From contig CAVFPH010000035.1 of NCBI GenBank assembly GCA_963624325.1, positions 1-20,828 of the forward strand: a DNA stretch of 20,828 bases, written 5' to 3'. Positions 13,961 to 20,828 of the stretch are shown piece after piece; the first letter of the stretch is position 1, and the number at the start of each line of letters is the position of its first letter. The translations under genes were made by a program, and so were the position numbers. Source of the stretch: a bacterium. Lineage in GTDB: Bacteria; Bacillota; Clostridia; Christensenellales; Aristaeellaceae. The notes under the pieces were generated by a model, which saw nothing but the letters and a program-made list of their open reading frames with translations, did not search any database and was not told where the DNA came from.

Positions 13961-15604
13961 ATGTCTTTTAAAAAGCTGATCTGTCTCCTGCTTAGCCTGG
14001 CACTGGCGCTGGGTTTGGCTGTGCCTGCACTGGCCGAGGGCGGTGCGCTGGAGGGCCAGCTGATCATCCTGCATACAAACGATATTCACGGCCGTGATGT
14101 GTCCTCTGACGGCATTTGGGGCTATGCCGCCATTGCCCGGATCAAGAAGGATCTGGAAGCCCAGGGGGCGCAGGTGCTCCTGCTGGATGCCGGCGATGCA
14201 TCCCAAGGCACTCCGTTGGTCAATCTGGACTACGGCAAAACTGCCATTGAATTCATGAACGCTGCGGGCTATGATGCAATGGCACCCGGCAATCATGAAC
14301 TGGACTGGGGCATTGACAACCTGCTGCAAAATGCCGAGGTTGCCGAATTCCCCATTCTTGCCGCCAACATCCTTGATAAAATCAGCGGCGAATTGAAATT
14401 CACCGATCATGTGATCTTTGAAAAGGGCAGCTTTAAGGTGGGCGTGTTCGGTCTGGATACCCCCGAAGCCATGACCAAGACCCACCCGGACAAGGTGCGC
14501 GGCATTACCTTCCTGGCCGGCGAAGAACTGTACGCCTGCGCGCAGGCACAGGTGGATGCGCTGACCGAAGCGGGCTGCGATCTGATCATCTGCCTGGGCC
14601 ATCTGGGCGTGGATGACGAGAGCACCGGCAACCGCTCCCTCGATGTCATCGCCAATACCACCGGCATTGACCTGTTCATCGATGGTCACAGCCACACCGT
14701 GATTGACGGCGGCAACGCCGTGAATACCAAGACCGAGGGCGAAACCACGCTGCTGGTATCCACCGGCGAATACTTCGGCAATATCGGCTATGTGGCCTAT
14801 GACGGTGAAAAGCTGACTGCCAAGCTGTGGAAGTGCGACAGCAACCTGCTGTCCGATATGTACAAGCCCAATGACGAAGAGGTTGCGGAAATCGTAAACA
14901 GCCGCAATGACGAAGTCGAAGCGCAGCTGTCCGTTGCCTTTGCCACCACCGAAGTGGATCTGGACGGCAACAAGGCACCCGGTGTACGCACGCAGGAAAC
15001 CAACCTGGGCGACTTCTCCACCGATGCCATCCTGTGGTCCGCCCGTCAGTCCGTGGGCGATCATGTGGTGGCGGCCCTGACCAACGGCGGCGGCATCCGT
15101 GCCTCCATCAAGGCGGGCGAAATCACCATGAAGGATATGAAGACCATCTTCCCCTTCGGCAATCAGGTGGTTGTACTGACCGTTACCGGCGCTGAACTGC
15201 TGGAGGCGCTGGAGGCCGGCACCTTCTCCACCCCCGATGCGGTTGGCGCTTTCCCGCAGGTTTCGGGCATCGTATATACCATCGATACCTCCGTTCCCTA
15301 TGAAAAGGGCGAGCAGTATCCCGATTCCACCTACTTTGCCCCCGCCAATCCCGGCGCACGCGTGACGATCGAGTCCGTAGGCGGCGAACCCTTTGACAAG
15401 GATGCCCTCTACACCATCGCTACCAACGATTTCATCGGTGCCGGCGGCGATACCTATTACGCCTTCAAGTATGCCTATGCCACCGCAGGCTATGACACGG
15501 GCGTTGCGCTGGAAGATGCGCTGGTCAACTACGTGCAACAGGAGCTCGGCGGTGTTGTAGGTCAGCAGTACGCTCAGCCCCAGGGCCGCATTACCGTAAA
15601 GTAA
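13961..15604 (+). CDS. Secreted bifunctional metallophosphatase / 5'-nucleotidase (UshA/CpdB-like), 547 aa
   Basis: AAGGAGG lies 7 nt upstream. The signal peptide is MSFKKLICLLLSLALALGLAVPALA/EGG. Calcineurin-like motifs are present: HTNDIHGR, DAGDASQGTP, GNHELDWG, GHLGVDD and DGHSHT. A C-terminal 5'-nucleotidase-type domain is present, and there is no cell-wall sorting signal. Confidence 0.9.
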   Translation: MSFKKLICLLLSLALALGLAVPALAEGGALEGQLIILHTNDIHGRDVSSDGIWGYAAIARIKKDLEAQGAQVLLLDAGDASQGTPLVNLDYGKTAIEFMNAAGYDAMAPGNHELDWGIDNLLQNAEVAEFPILAANILDKISGELKFTDHVIFEKGSFKVGVFGLDTPEAMTKTHPDKVRGITFLAGEELYACAQAQVDALTEAGCDLIICLGHLGVDDESTGNRSLDVIANTTGIDLFIDGHSHTVIDGGNAVNTKTEGETTLLVSTGEYFGNIGYVAYDGEKLTAKLWKCDSNLLSDMYKPNDEEVAEIVNSRNDEVEAQLSVAFATTEVDLDGNKAPGVRTQETNLGDFSTDAILWSARQSVGDHVVAALTNGGGIRASIKAGEITMKDMKTIFPFGNQVVVLTVTGAELLEALEAGTFSTPDAVGAFPQVSGIVYTIDTSVPYEKGEQYPDSTYFAPANPGARVTIESVGGEPFDKDALYTIATNDFIGAGGDTYYAFKYAYATAGYDTGVALEDALVNYVQQELGGVVGQQYAQPQGRITVK

Positions 15605-15619
15605 TCATTCTACGCACAG

Positions 15620-15653
15620 GATTGCCGGGCTTACCGCTCGGCAATCTTTTTTT
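15620..15653 (+). terminator. Rho-independent terminator of the 5'-nucleotidase gene
   Basis: 8-bp stem GATTGCCG (15620..15627) / CGGCAATC (15639..15646), followed by TTTTTTT (15647..15653). Confidence 0.7.
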
Positions 15654-15712
15654 CATTTCCCGTGTCCATTTTTATCATTCTCCTCGTCAAATATGTGAAA
15701 GGGGGCGAACGG

Positions 15713-16228
15713 GTGCAAACGGATGGAATGCAGGATAGGCAATCTGTCCTGGAACGGCTGATGTCGCAGTACGGCACGGCGCTGCTGCGCATGTGCTGTC
15801 TGTATCTGCGCGATTATTCTTTGGCAGAAGACGCTGTGCAGGAAACATTTCTGAAGGCCTATGCCAAGCTGAATACCTTCCGCGGCGATTGCAGCGAACA
15901 GGCCTGGCTGATGAAAATCGCCATCAACACCTGTCGCGACATGCTGCGCTCCGCATGGATGCGGCATAACGATCGATATGCCGATCTCTCTGCGCTGCCG
16001 GAAGATGTCTATAACCCCGATCCGCCGGACAGTACGGTAATTCAAGCAGTATCGGCGCTGCCCTCGCATATGCGCGAAGCCGTACTCCTGCGTTATTATC
16101 AAGGCATGAAATTAGATGACGTAGCACAAGCGTTGCGAACAACGCGCAGCGGGACAAAGCACCTGCTGAAACAGGCCAACAAACTGCTTCGCAAGCAACT
16201 GGAGGGGTGGTACTACGATGAAGAATGA
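15713..16228 (+). CDS. ECF-type RNA polymerase sigma-70 family factor
   Basis: Region 2 (AEDAVQETFLKAYAKLNTFRG, WLMKIAINTCRDMLR) and the region 4 helix-turn-helix (REAVLLRYYQGMKLDDVAQALRTTRSGTKHLLKQANKLLRKQL) are present. The start is uncertain: GTG at 15713 (AAGGGGG 7 nt upstream), ATG at 15728, or the track start at 15662, which I consider unlikely. Confidence 0.85.
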   Translation: MQTDGMQDRQSVLERLMSQYGTALLRMCCLYLRDYSLAEDAVQETFLKAYAKLNTFRGDCSEQAWLMKIAINTCRDMLRSAWMRHNDRYADLSALPEDVYNPDPPDSTVIQAVSALPSHMREAVLLRYYQGMKLDDVAQALRTTRSGTKHLLKQANKLLRKQLEGWYYDEE

Positions 16229-17150
16229 TCTGCGGCAAAGCGTTGACCGTGCGTTTGCGGGGGCAACCTGGGACGATGCGCACGCGCGGCGCGTGATCCG
16301 GACAATCGAGGAAAGGAATCAACCTGTGATGAAAAGAAAATTAACCGTAGCCATGGTATGCGTCATGGTGCTTGTACTGGTAAGTGTCTGCGCGCTGGCC
16401 GCCGTATTTGTTCAGCGTTCCGAACGCAGCAATGCCATAATGATGGCACGCAAAGCGCTGACCCGCCAATACCACTTTACTTCCGGCATGCTGGCGCTGT
16501 TTAACGCCGAAGCGGAAGAAAACATCGGCGGAGATTACACCGTCACCTTTACAAGCAACGATGGCGTTCCCTCAACGCTGCTGGGCGTTTACACCGTGCA
16601 TGTAAGCGGCGGCACAACCACTGCCAAATGGAGCTATGACGGCTGCACGGCAGATATCGATCACTGGGACGCAAACGTAATGGCAGCCTATCTGGCCGAG
16701 GACACCGACGGATGGATGATGGGCGAAGCAGAAGCGCCCTATCATGAATACGCGATGCAGGTTTTCTCTCTGTCCGCCAGCAATGTCACCCCCACCCCCA
16801 TTGTGTCTGCTGCCTCTCGTGCGCTCGAGGAGGACGAAGTTTACTACGACGGCGAGGTTGCGCGCATCGTCAAGGCAGGCTCGCAGGATATCACGCAGGA
16901 GCGTGCGGAAGAGCTCGCTATCGCCGCACTGATGGAAGAATTTAACCTGACACAGGATGCCTTTGAAGACGAGTATACTGAGCTGACCGATGCTTATATC
17001 TACCAGCGCACCAACGGACAGCGGATATGGTCGCTGACCTGGTACATCCCTGCCTCAGTAAGCGGAAATGAATTCTGCGTTGCCGTTACCCTGGATGCAT
17101 TGACAGAAGAAATTTTGAGCTGCGATGCGGTAACGGGCGGTATCGGCTGA
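16218..17150 (+). CDS. Single-pass membrane protein, putative anti-sigma factor with a PepSY-like extracytoplasmic domain
   Basis: The ATG overlaps the end of the sigma gene by 11 nt. It has a short cytoplasmic N-terminus (about 40 aa, no HxxxCxxC zinc motif) and one TM (LTVAMVCVMVLVLVSVCALAAVFV). The ectodomain of about 245 aa contains two PepSY-like patterns. Confidence 0.65.
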   Translation: MKNDLRQSVDRAFAGATWDDAHARRVIRTIEERNQPVMKRKLTVAMVCVMVLVLVSVCALAAVFVQRSERSNAIMMARKALTRQYHFTSGMLALFNAEAEENIGGDYTVTFTSNDGVPSTLLGVYTVHVSGGTTTAKWSYDGCTADIDHWDANVMAAYLAEDTDGWMMGEAEAPYHEYAMQVFSLSASNVTPTPIVSAASRALEEDEVYYDGEVARIVKAGSQDITQERAEELAIAALMEEFNLTQDAFEDEYTELTDAYIYQRTNGQRIWSLTWYIPASVSGNEFCVAVTLDALTEEILSCDAVTGGIG

Positions 17151-17167
17151 AAAGCATATCGGCAAGG

Positions 17168-17198
17168 CGCCGAGAGGAAAAGCCTCTCGGCGTTTTTT
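17168..17198 (+). terminator. Rho-independent terminator of the sigma/anti-sigma pair
   Basis: 10-bp stem CGCCGAGAGG (17168..17177) / CCTCTCGGCG (17183..17192) with loop AAAAG, followed by TTTTTT. Confidence 0.75.
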
Positions 17199-17273
17199 CT
17201 ATCCAAAAAATACATAGACAGCGTTTGATTTTGAACACATTATCCAAATCGATCCAAAAAGTAAAAAACAGAA

Positions 17274-17303
17274 TTGCTAATTTGAATAGCAGTGTGATAT
17301 AAT
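17274..17303 (+). promoter_or_regulatory. Sigma-A type promoter of pfkA (extended -10)
   Basis: TTGCTA (17274..17279), an 18-nt spacer, then TATAAT (17298..17303), preceded by TGa (extended -10). It lies about 90 nt upstream of the ATG. Confidence 0.55.
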
Positions 17304-17392
17304 AATTCGGTGATTTTTTTGGAAATTACCAATCCGCCGCAATTTGAAGCTGCCCGCGGCATTGCCGCGTTTGAAAGGAGAATGAGCACATT

Positions 17393-18454
17393 ATGCCTTA
17401 TATTGCCGTACTGACCAGCGGAGGAGACAGCCCCGGAATGAACGCTGCGGTTACCGCCATCGCCCGCAGCGCCGCACTGCTCAACATGCCTTTGCTGGGT
17501 GTAGATCGCGGATTCAACGGCCTGCTGGGCAAGAACCCGAAGACCGATTTCATGGAACTGAACCTGGAAAAAGCGTTGGATATCGCCGACCTTCCCGGTA
17601 CGCAGCTTCGCACCGCCCGCTGTGTCGAATTCAAGCAGAAGGATGTGCAGGTTCGCGCCGCAAAGCTTTTGCATGATATGGACGTTGCCGGTCTGATCGT
17701 CATCGGCGGAGACGGCAGTTTCCAGGGGGCCCGCGCGCTGTGCGAGCAGGGTATCCCCTGCATCGGCATTCCCGGGACCATCGACAACGACCTGGCCTAT
17801 ACCGAAATGACGCTGGGCTTTGATACCGCCGTCAACGTTTGCGTGGATGCCGTGCGCTCCATCCGCGCGACCTCCCGTTCCCATGACCGTCCCCACGTAG
17901 TAGAGGTAATGGGCCGTCACTGCGGTGACATCGCCCTGATGACCGCTTCTTCTACCGGTGCGGAGATCGTCATTGCCCCCGAGGCCAAGCGCTGGACGGT
18001 AGATCAGATTTCCCACCGTCTGCAGAGCCAGATTGACCGCGGCAACTACCGCAGCACCATCGTGGTGGCAGAGGGCAGCTGGGAAATGATGGCTCCCTTT
18101 GATGTATATAAGTTCCTCAAGCCCTACGGCAAAGAGGTATTTGAGGGTGAGCCCATGACAGCGTACCGCTTTGCCAGCGTCCTCAAGCGCAAAACCACCA
18201 TGCCGGACGGCTCTTTTCCCGAGGTGCGCCATACGGTAATCGGCTACACCCAGCGCGGCGCTCAGCCGACTGCCCGCGATGCTTCCTTTGCCTTCGAATC
18301 CGGTGTGCTGGCGGTCAACCTGCTCCAGCACGGTGTCAGCAACCGCGTAATCGGCATGAAGCACGGCAAGGTTTACCATGAGGACATCGAAAAGGCGCTC
18401 AAGGCACGCCGTCCCTTCAACCGTTCGCTGTACAACACCATCAACGCACTGTAA
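17393..18454 (+). CDS. pfkA: ATP-dependent 6-phosphofructokinase
   Basis: Motifs present: VLTSGGDSPGMNAA, IGGDGSFQGA, GIPGTIDNDL and VVEVMGRHCGD. GGDGS and PGT (rather than GGDDS and PKT) indicate the ATP-dependent type. AAAGGAGAA lies upstream. Confidence 0.92.
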   Translation: MPYIAVLTSGGDSPGMNAAVTAIARSAALLNMPLLGVDRGFNGLLGKNPKTDFMELNLEKALDIADLPGTQLRTARCVEFKQKDVQVRAAKLLHDMDVAGLIVIGGDGSFQGARALCEQGIPCIGIPGTIDNDLAYTEMTLGFDTAVNVCVDAVRSIRATSRSHDRPHVVEVMGRHCGDIALMTASSTGAEIVIAPEAKRWTVDQISHRLQSQIDRGNYRSTIVVAEGSWEMMAPFDVYKFLKPYGKEVFEGEPMTAYRFASVLKRKTTMPDGSFPEVRHTVIGYTQRGAQPTARDASFAFESGVLAVNLLQHGVSNRVIGMKHGKVYHEDIEKALKARRPFNRSLYNTINAL

Positions 18455-18469
18455 TCCAAAACTAAAATT

Positions 18470-18520
18470 ACGGCCTTTGTGGAAAGCGTGTCTCTCCGCA
18501 AAGGCCGTTGTTTTATGCAT
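18470..18520. terminator. Bidirectional terminator between pfkA and the ABC permease gene
   Basis: 13-bp stem ACGGCCTTTGTGG (18470..18482) / CCGCAAAGGCCGT (18496..18508), including one G-U pair. On the plus strand it is followed by TGTTTTATGCATTTTT. On the minus strand it is followed by AATTTTAGTTTT. Confidence 0.7.
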
Positions 18521-18522
18521 TT

Positions 18523-20121
18523 TTACAGTGCGGCAAAGAGGGCGCAGCCCTTCTTCTTCAGCCAAAGATAAAGAACTGCGGACAGCAGCAGGCTAAGCAG
18601 CGTACAGACAGCCATGTAAAGCGCCGATCCCATGGCATGTCCGAACAGGATATAACAGATAATCATCGCCATGGCATAAAGCATTCCGCCGAAGATGGAC
18701 CCCGCAACGCCGGCGCTTTGTTTAATCGGCTTAATTTCGCTTGTCCATGTAAAATTCGGCAGTTTTACGCTCATGGTTAATCCAAGCAGTGCCAGCAGAA
18801 GTGCCGTGCACTGCGGCATCAGAATCAAAAGCACCGTTTCAGCCGCTCCGCACTTTATCGTAATTGCCGTGCATATGCAGGCAATCAGCAGTGGAATCGC
18901 AGTGATAATGACCTGCATGAGCAGCTTTGCCCGAAGTGCCTGCCAGGGCTGAATCGGCAGGGACTGCAGCTGCCACAGGCTTCTGCCTTCCAGAGAAACC
19001 GATGGCGCTGCGGTATCGTTCAAGGAGGCAATCAGGCAAAGCACTGCGCCAAGCAGCAGCGGTATCGCATCCGCATAATCGTCCAGCAGCGGCATAAACG
19101 CAGAAAGGATTGCCTGTCCCCTAATCAGCAGCATAATACCGAACACAGGCAGCAAAAGGGTGGCCATGCCGCAGTTGAGCATATAGGTCGGGCTGGACAG
19201 AAAATGAGAAAATTCCTTTCCGAGCAAAGCAGCATCAGCGCTTCTGGTATGGATTCGGCCTTCGCGGTATTCCCTGCGTTCCGTCTTGCCGGATGCCGTG
19301 GCAACCCGCAAAAAGCTGCGGGACAGCACCATCCACATCACCCCGAAAAGCAGCAATACAACGGCCGAAACGCAAGCCGCAGCGCCGACGTTTCCGAGTG
19401 CGGCATTGCCGAACACGTAAACCGGATAAGCCGAATCCTTTATTACATCGCCGTACAAGGCGACATTGGCAAGCAGTTCGGTAATGACGGTTTGAGCCTT
19501 AAAGCAGCAAAAGTAATATACGGCGAAAAACAAAAGTGAAACCAGTACGGTGATCATGCTTTTGTTTTTCAGCTTCAGGCTGATCCTGGCCACTACCCAT
19601 CCCAGGGCGCAGGAAAGGGTAAGCACAAATATGCTGATCATCAAAAAGAACAGCAGCGAGCCTGCAATCACCCGAATTTCTGCGGAAACCGTAACCCAGT
19701 ATACAATGATGGCCGGCAGCAGCTGAATGCCGGAGTACATCAACCCCATCAGATAAACGCTGAGCAGGCGTGATGCCATGATGTCATTTACGGGGATGGG
19801 CATGGACAAAAGCAAGTCATTATCCTTGGCAAGGTACAATCCGGCATAGGTATTGAATACGCTTCCGAATATGCCAAGCAGGATGGCCAGCAGCCCCATC
19901 AGGGCAAAATACATCCAGTCCATTCCCGCTGCCGCCATGGGCGCGCACAGCGCAAGGGACAGGGCCGTAAACATGCCGCCGAGCACCGCCAGCATAAGCA
20001 ATATGAAGAGAACAAATCTGAGAATCACGGAGGCTTTGGAGCGTGCCGTGTTCTTTTTTGCGTCATAGAAGTAGATGCGGTAAATTTCCATCATCTGCTT
20101 CTTCAGCAGAACCTTCAGCAT
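18523..20121 (-). CDS. ABC exporter permease, about 12 TM segments (ABC-2 / putative-ABC-exporter type), 532 aa
   Basis: The ATG at 20121 (MLKVLLKKQMMEIYRIYFYDAKKN...) overlaps the ATPase stop as ATGCTGA. The track start at 20295 lies inside the ATPase gene. The protein is highly hydrophobic, with two roughly 6-TM halves separated by a basic loop (ATASGKTERREYREGRIHTRS). Confidence 0.8.
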   Translation of the reverse strand: MLKVLLKKQMMEIYRIYFYDAKKNTARSKASVILRFVLFILLMLAVLGGMFTALSLALCAPMAAAGMDWMYFALMGLLAILLGIFGSVFNTYAGLYLAKDNDLLLSMPIPVNDIMASRLLSVYLMGLMYSGIQLLPAIIVYWVTVSAEIRVIAGSLLFFLMISIFVLTLSCALGWVVARISLKLKNKSMITVLVSLLFFAVYYFCCFKAQTVITELLANVALYGDVIKDSAYPVYVFGNAALGNVGAAACVSAVVLLLFGVMWMVLSRSFLRVATASGKTERREYREGRIHTRSADAALLGKEFSHFLSSPTYMLNCGMATLLLPVFGIMLLIRGQAILSAFMPLLDDYADAIPLLLGAVLCLIASLNDTAAPSVSLEGRSLWQLQSLPIQPWQALRAKLLMQVIITAIPLLIACICTAITIKCGAAETVLLILMPQCTALLLALLGLTMSVKLPNFTWTSEIKPIKQSAGVAGSIFGGMLYAMAMIICYILFGHAMGSALYMAVCTLLSLLLSAVLYLWLKKKGCALFAAL

Positions 20122-20828
20122 GCGTCTCCCTCCAGTTCCAGGAATACCTGCTCCAGTGAGGCATCGCCCCGCACTTCTTCCATCGTGCCGTAGCGGATCA
20201 GCCGCCCATCCTTGATGATGGCCACTTTGTCGCACAGCTTTTCGGCCACTTCCAGCACATGGGTGGAAAAGAAAATGGCACCGCCGTTGTCGCATACTTC
20301 ACGCATCATGCCTTTGAGCAGATGAGAAGCAATCGGATCAAGGCCTACGAAAGGTTCATCCATGATAATCAGGCGGGGCTGATGCATCCACGCGGCAATA
20401 ATTGCCAGTTTCTGTTTCATTCCATGCGAATATGCGGCGATCGGCTGGGCAAGGTCATCCGCCAGTTCAAAGCGTCCCGCATAATCGCGGATACGCGTTT
20501 TGCGCGTTTCTGCACCAATGCCGAAAATATCGGCGATAAAGTTCAGATACCTGATGCCCGTCATATAATCATAAAGGTCAGGATTATCGGGGATGTAGGC
20601 AATTTCGCGTTTGCAGGCAAGCGGCTGCCCGCGGATTGATTTTCCGTCTATCAGAATTTCACCCGCGTCAAACTGCAGAATGCCGGCAACCGACTTGATG
20701 GTGGTGGTTTTCCCAGCGCCGTTATGCCCAATAAAGCCGCATATTTCGCCCGTGCTGATATGCAGGCTTAAATCGTCCACTGCCTTTTTTCCGCCGTACG
20801 CTTTCGTCAGGTGTTCAATTTTCAGCAT
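20115..20828 (-). CDS. ABC transporter ATP-binding protein (ABC-2 / bacitracin-type exporter ATPase), 237 aa
   Basis: The ATG sits exactly at the window edge (20828..20826), and MLKIEHLTKAYGGKKAV is a typical ABC N-terminus. Motifs present: Walker A GHNGAGKTT, signature variant YSHGMKQK, Walker B LIIMDEPFVGLD, and H-loop FFSTHVL. Confidence 0.9.
   Translation of the reverse strand: MLKIEHLTKAYGGKKAVDDLSLHISTGEICGFIGHNGAGKTTTIKSVAGILQFDAGEILIDGKSIRGQPLACKREIAYIPDNPDLYDYMTGIRYLNFIADIFGIGAETRKTRIRDYAGRFELADDLAQPIAAYSHGMKQKLAIIAAWMHQPRLIIMDEPFVGLDPIASHLLKGMMREVCDNGGAIFFSTHVLEVAEKLCDKVAIIKDGRLIRYGTMEEVRGDASLEQVFLELEGDAC

Noticed and set aside
13937-15538. A 533-aa antisense ORF opposite the 5'-nucleotidase gene. 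A 441-aa antisense ORF (17240..18565) lies opposite pfkA.
   Set aside because: The same codon-aligned shadow effect applies, and I checked the frame arithmetic for both. The sense genes carry unambiguous catalytic motifs, and the antisense products are G/A/V-rich nonsense. The pattern only indicates strong codon bias, which suggests high expression of these genes.
1-20828. I looked for CRISPR repeats, tRNA/rRNA genes, IS or transposase and integrase genes, terminal inverted repeats, toxin-antitoxin pairs and known defence-gene motifs.
   Set aside because: I could recognise none by eye. All long ORFs are accounted for by transport, metabolic or envelope genes. I saw no repeated spacer-repeat periodicity and no abrupt compositional island other than short AT-rich promoter regions. 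An exhaustive repeat search would need software.

Overview
Gene-dense chromosomal window with 16 protein-coding genes. I recognised no rRNA, tRNA, CRISPR array, transposase, integrase, phage or defence-system signature. It looks like a moderately GC-rich Firmicute, probably a Clostridia-class anaerobe. That is inferred from AGGAGG-type ribosome-binding sites, TTGACA/TATAAT promoters, hairpin plus T-tract terminators, GC-rich third codon positions and gene content, and cannot be verified here.

Layout, left to right:
- Minus strand: the N-terminal 202 codons of an exported hypothetical protein that runs off the left edge, then a small DUF3899-like membrane protein.
- Minus strand: a five-gene Opp/Dpp-family (PepT-type) ABC importer operon transcribed right to left, in the order SBP (8006-10465), two permeases, two ATPases (ending at 1895).
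- Plus strand: a xylose-isomerase-like TIM-barrel enzyme and a putative lipoprotein.
- Minus strand: a TraX-family membrane protein.
- Plus strand: a secreted 5'-nucleotidase-type metallophosphoesterase, an ECF sigma factor with an overlapping membrane anti-sigma-like gene, and an ATP-dependent 6-phosphofructokinase.
- Minus strand: a translationally coupled ABC exporter pair whose ATPase starts exactly at the right edge.

The most unusual content is the importer. Four of its five subunits are much larger than canonical Opp/Dpp proteins:
- The first ATPase has about 360 extra residues between the Q-loop and the ABC signature.
- The second ATPase has about 90 extra residues before its Q-loop.
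- The OppC-like permease has an extracytoplasmic loop about 210 residues long.
- The SBP is 819 aa and has no lipobox.

Other points worth a second look:
- A lipoprotein with a possible Cys/His papain-fold (NlpC/P60-like) domain.
- An anti-sigma-like protein with two PepSY-like repeats.
- Several structured non-coding segments.
- A decayed membrane-protein remnant.

The many long antisense ORFs in the track are codon-aligned shadows caused by avoidance of TTA/CTA/TCA codons. All family assignments are motif-by-eye, because no database search could be run.
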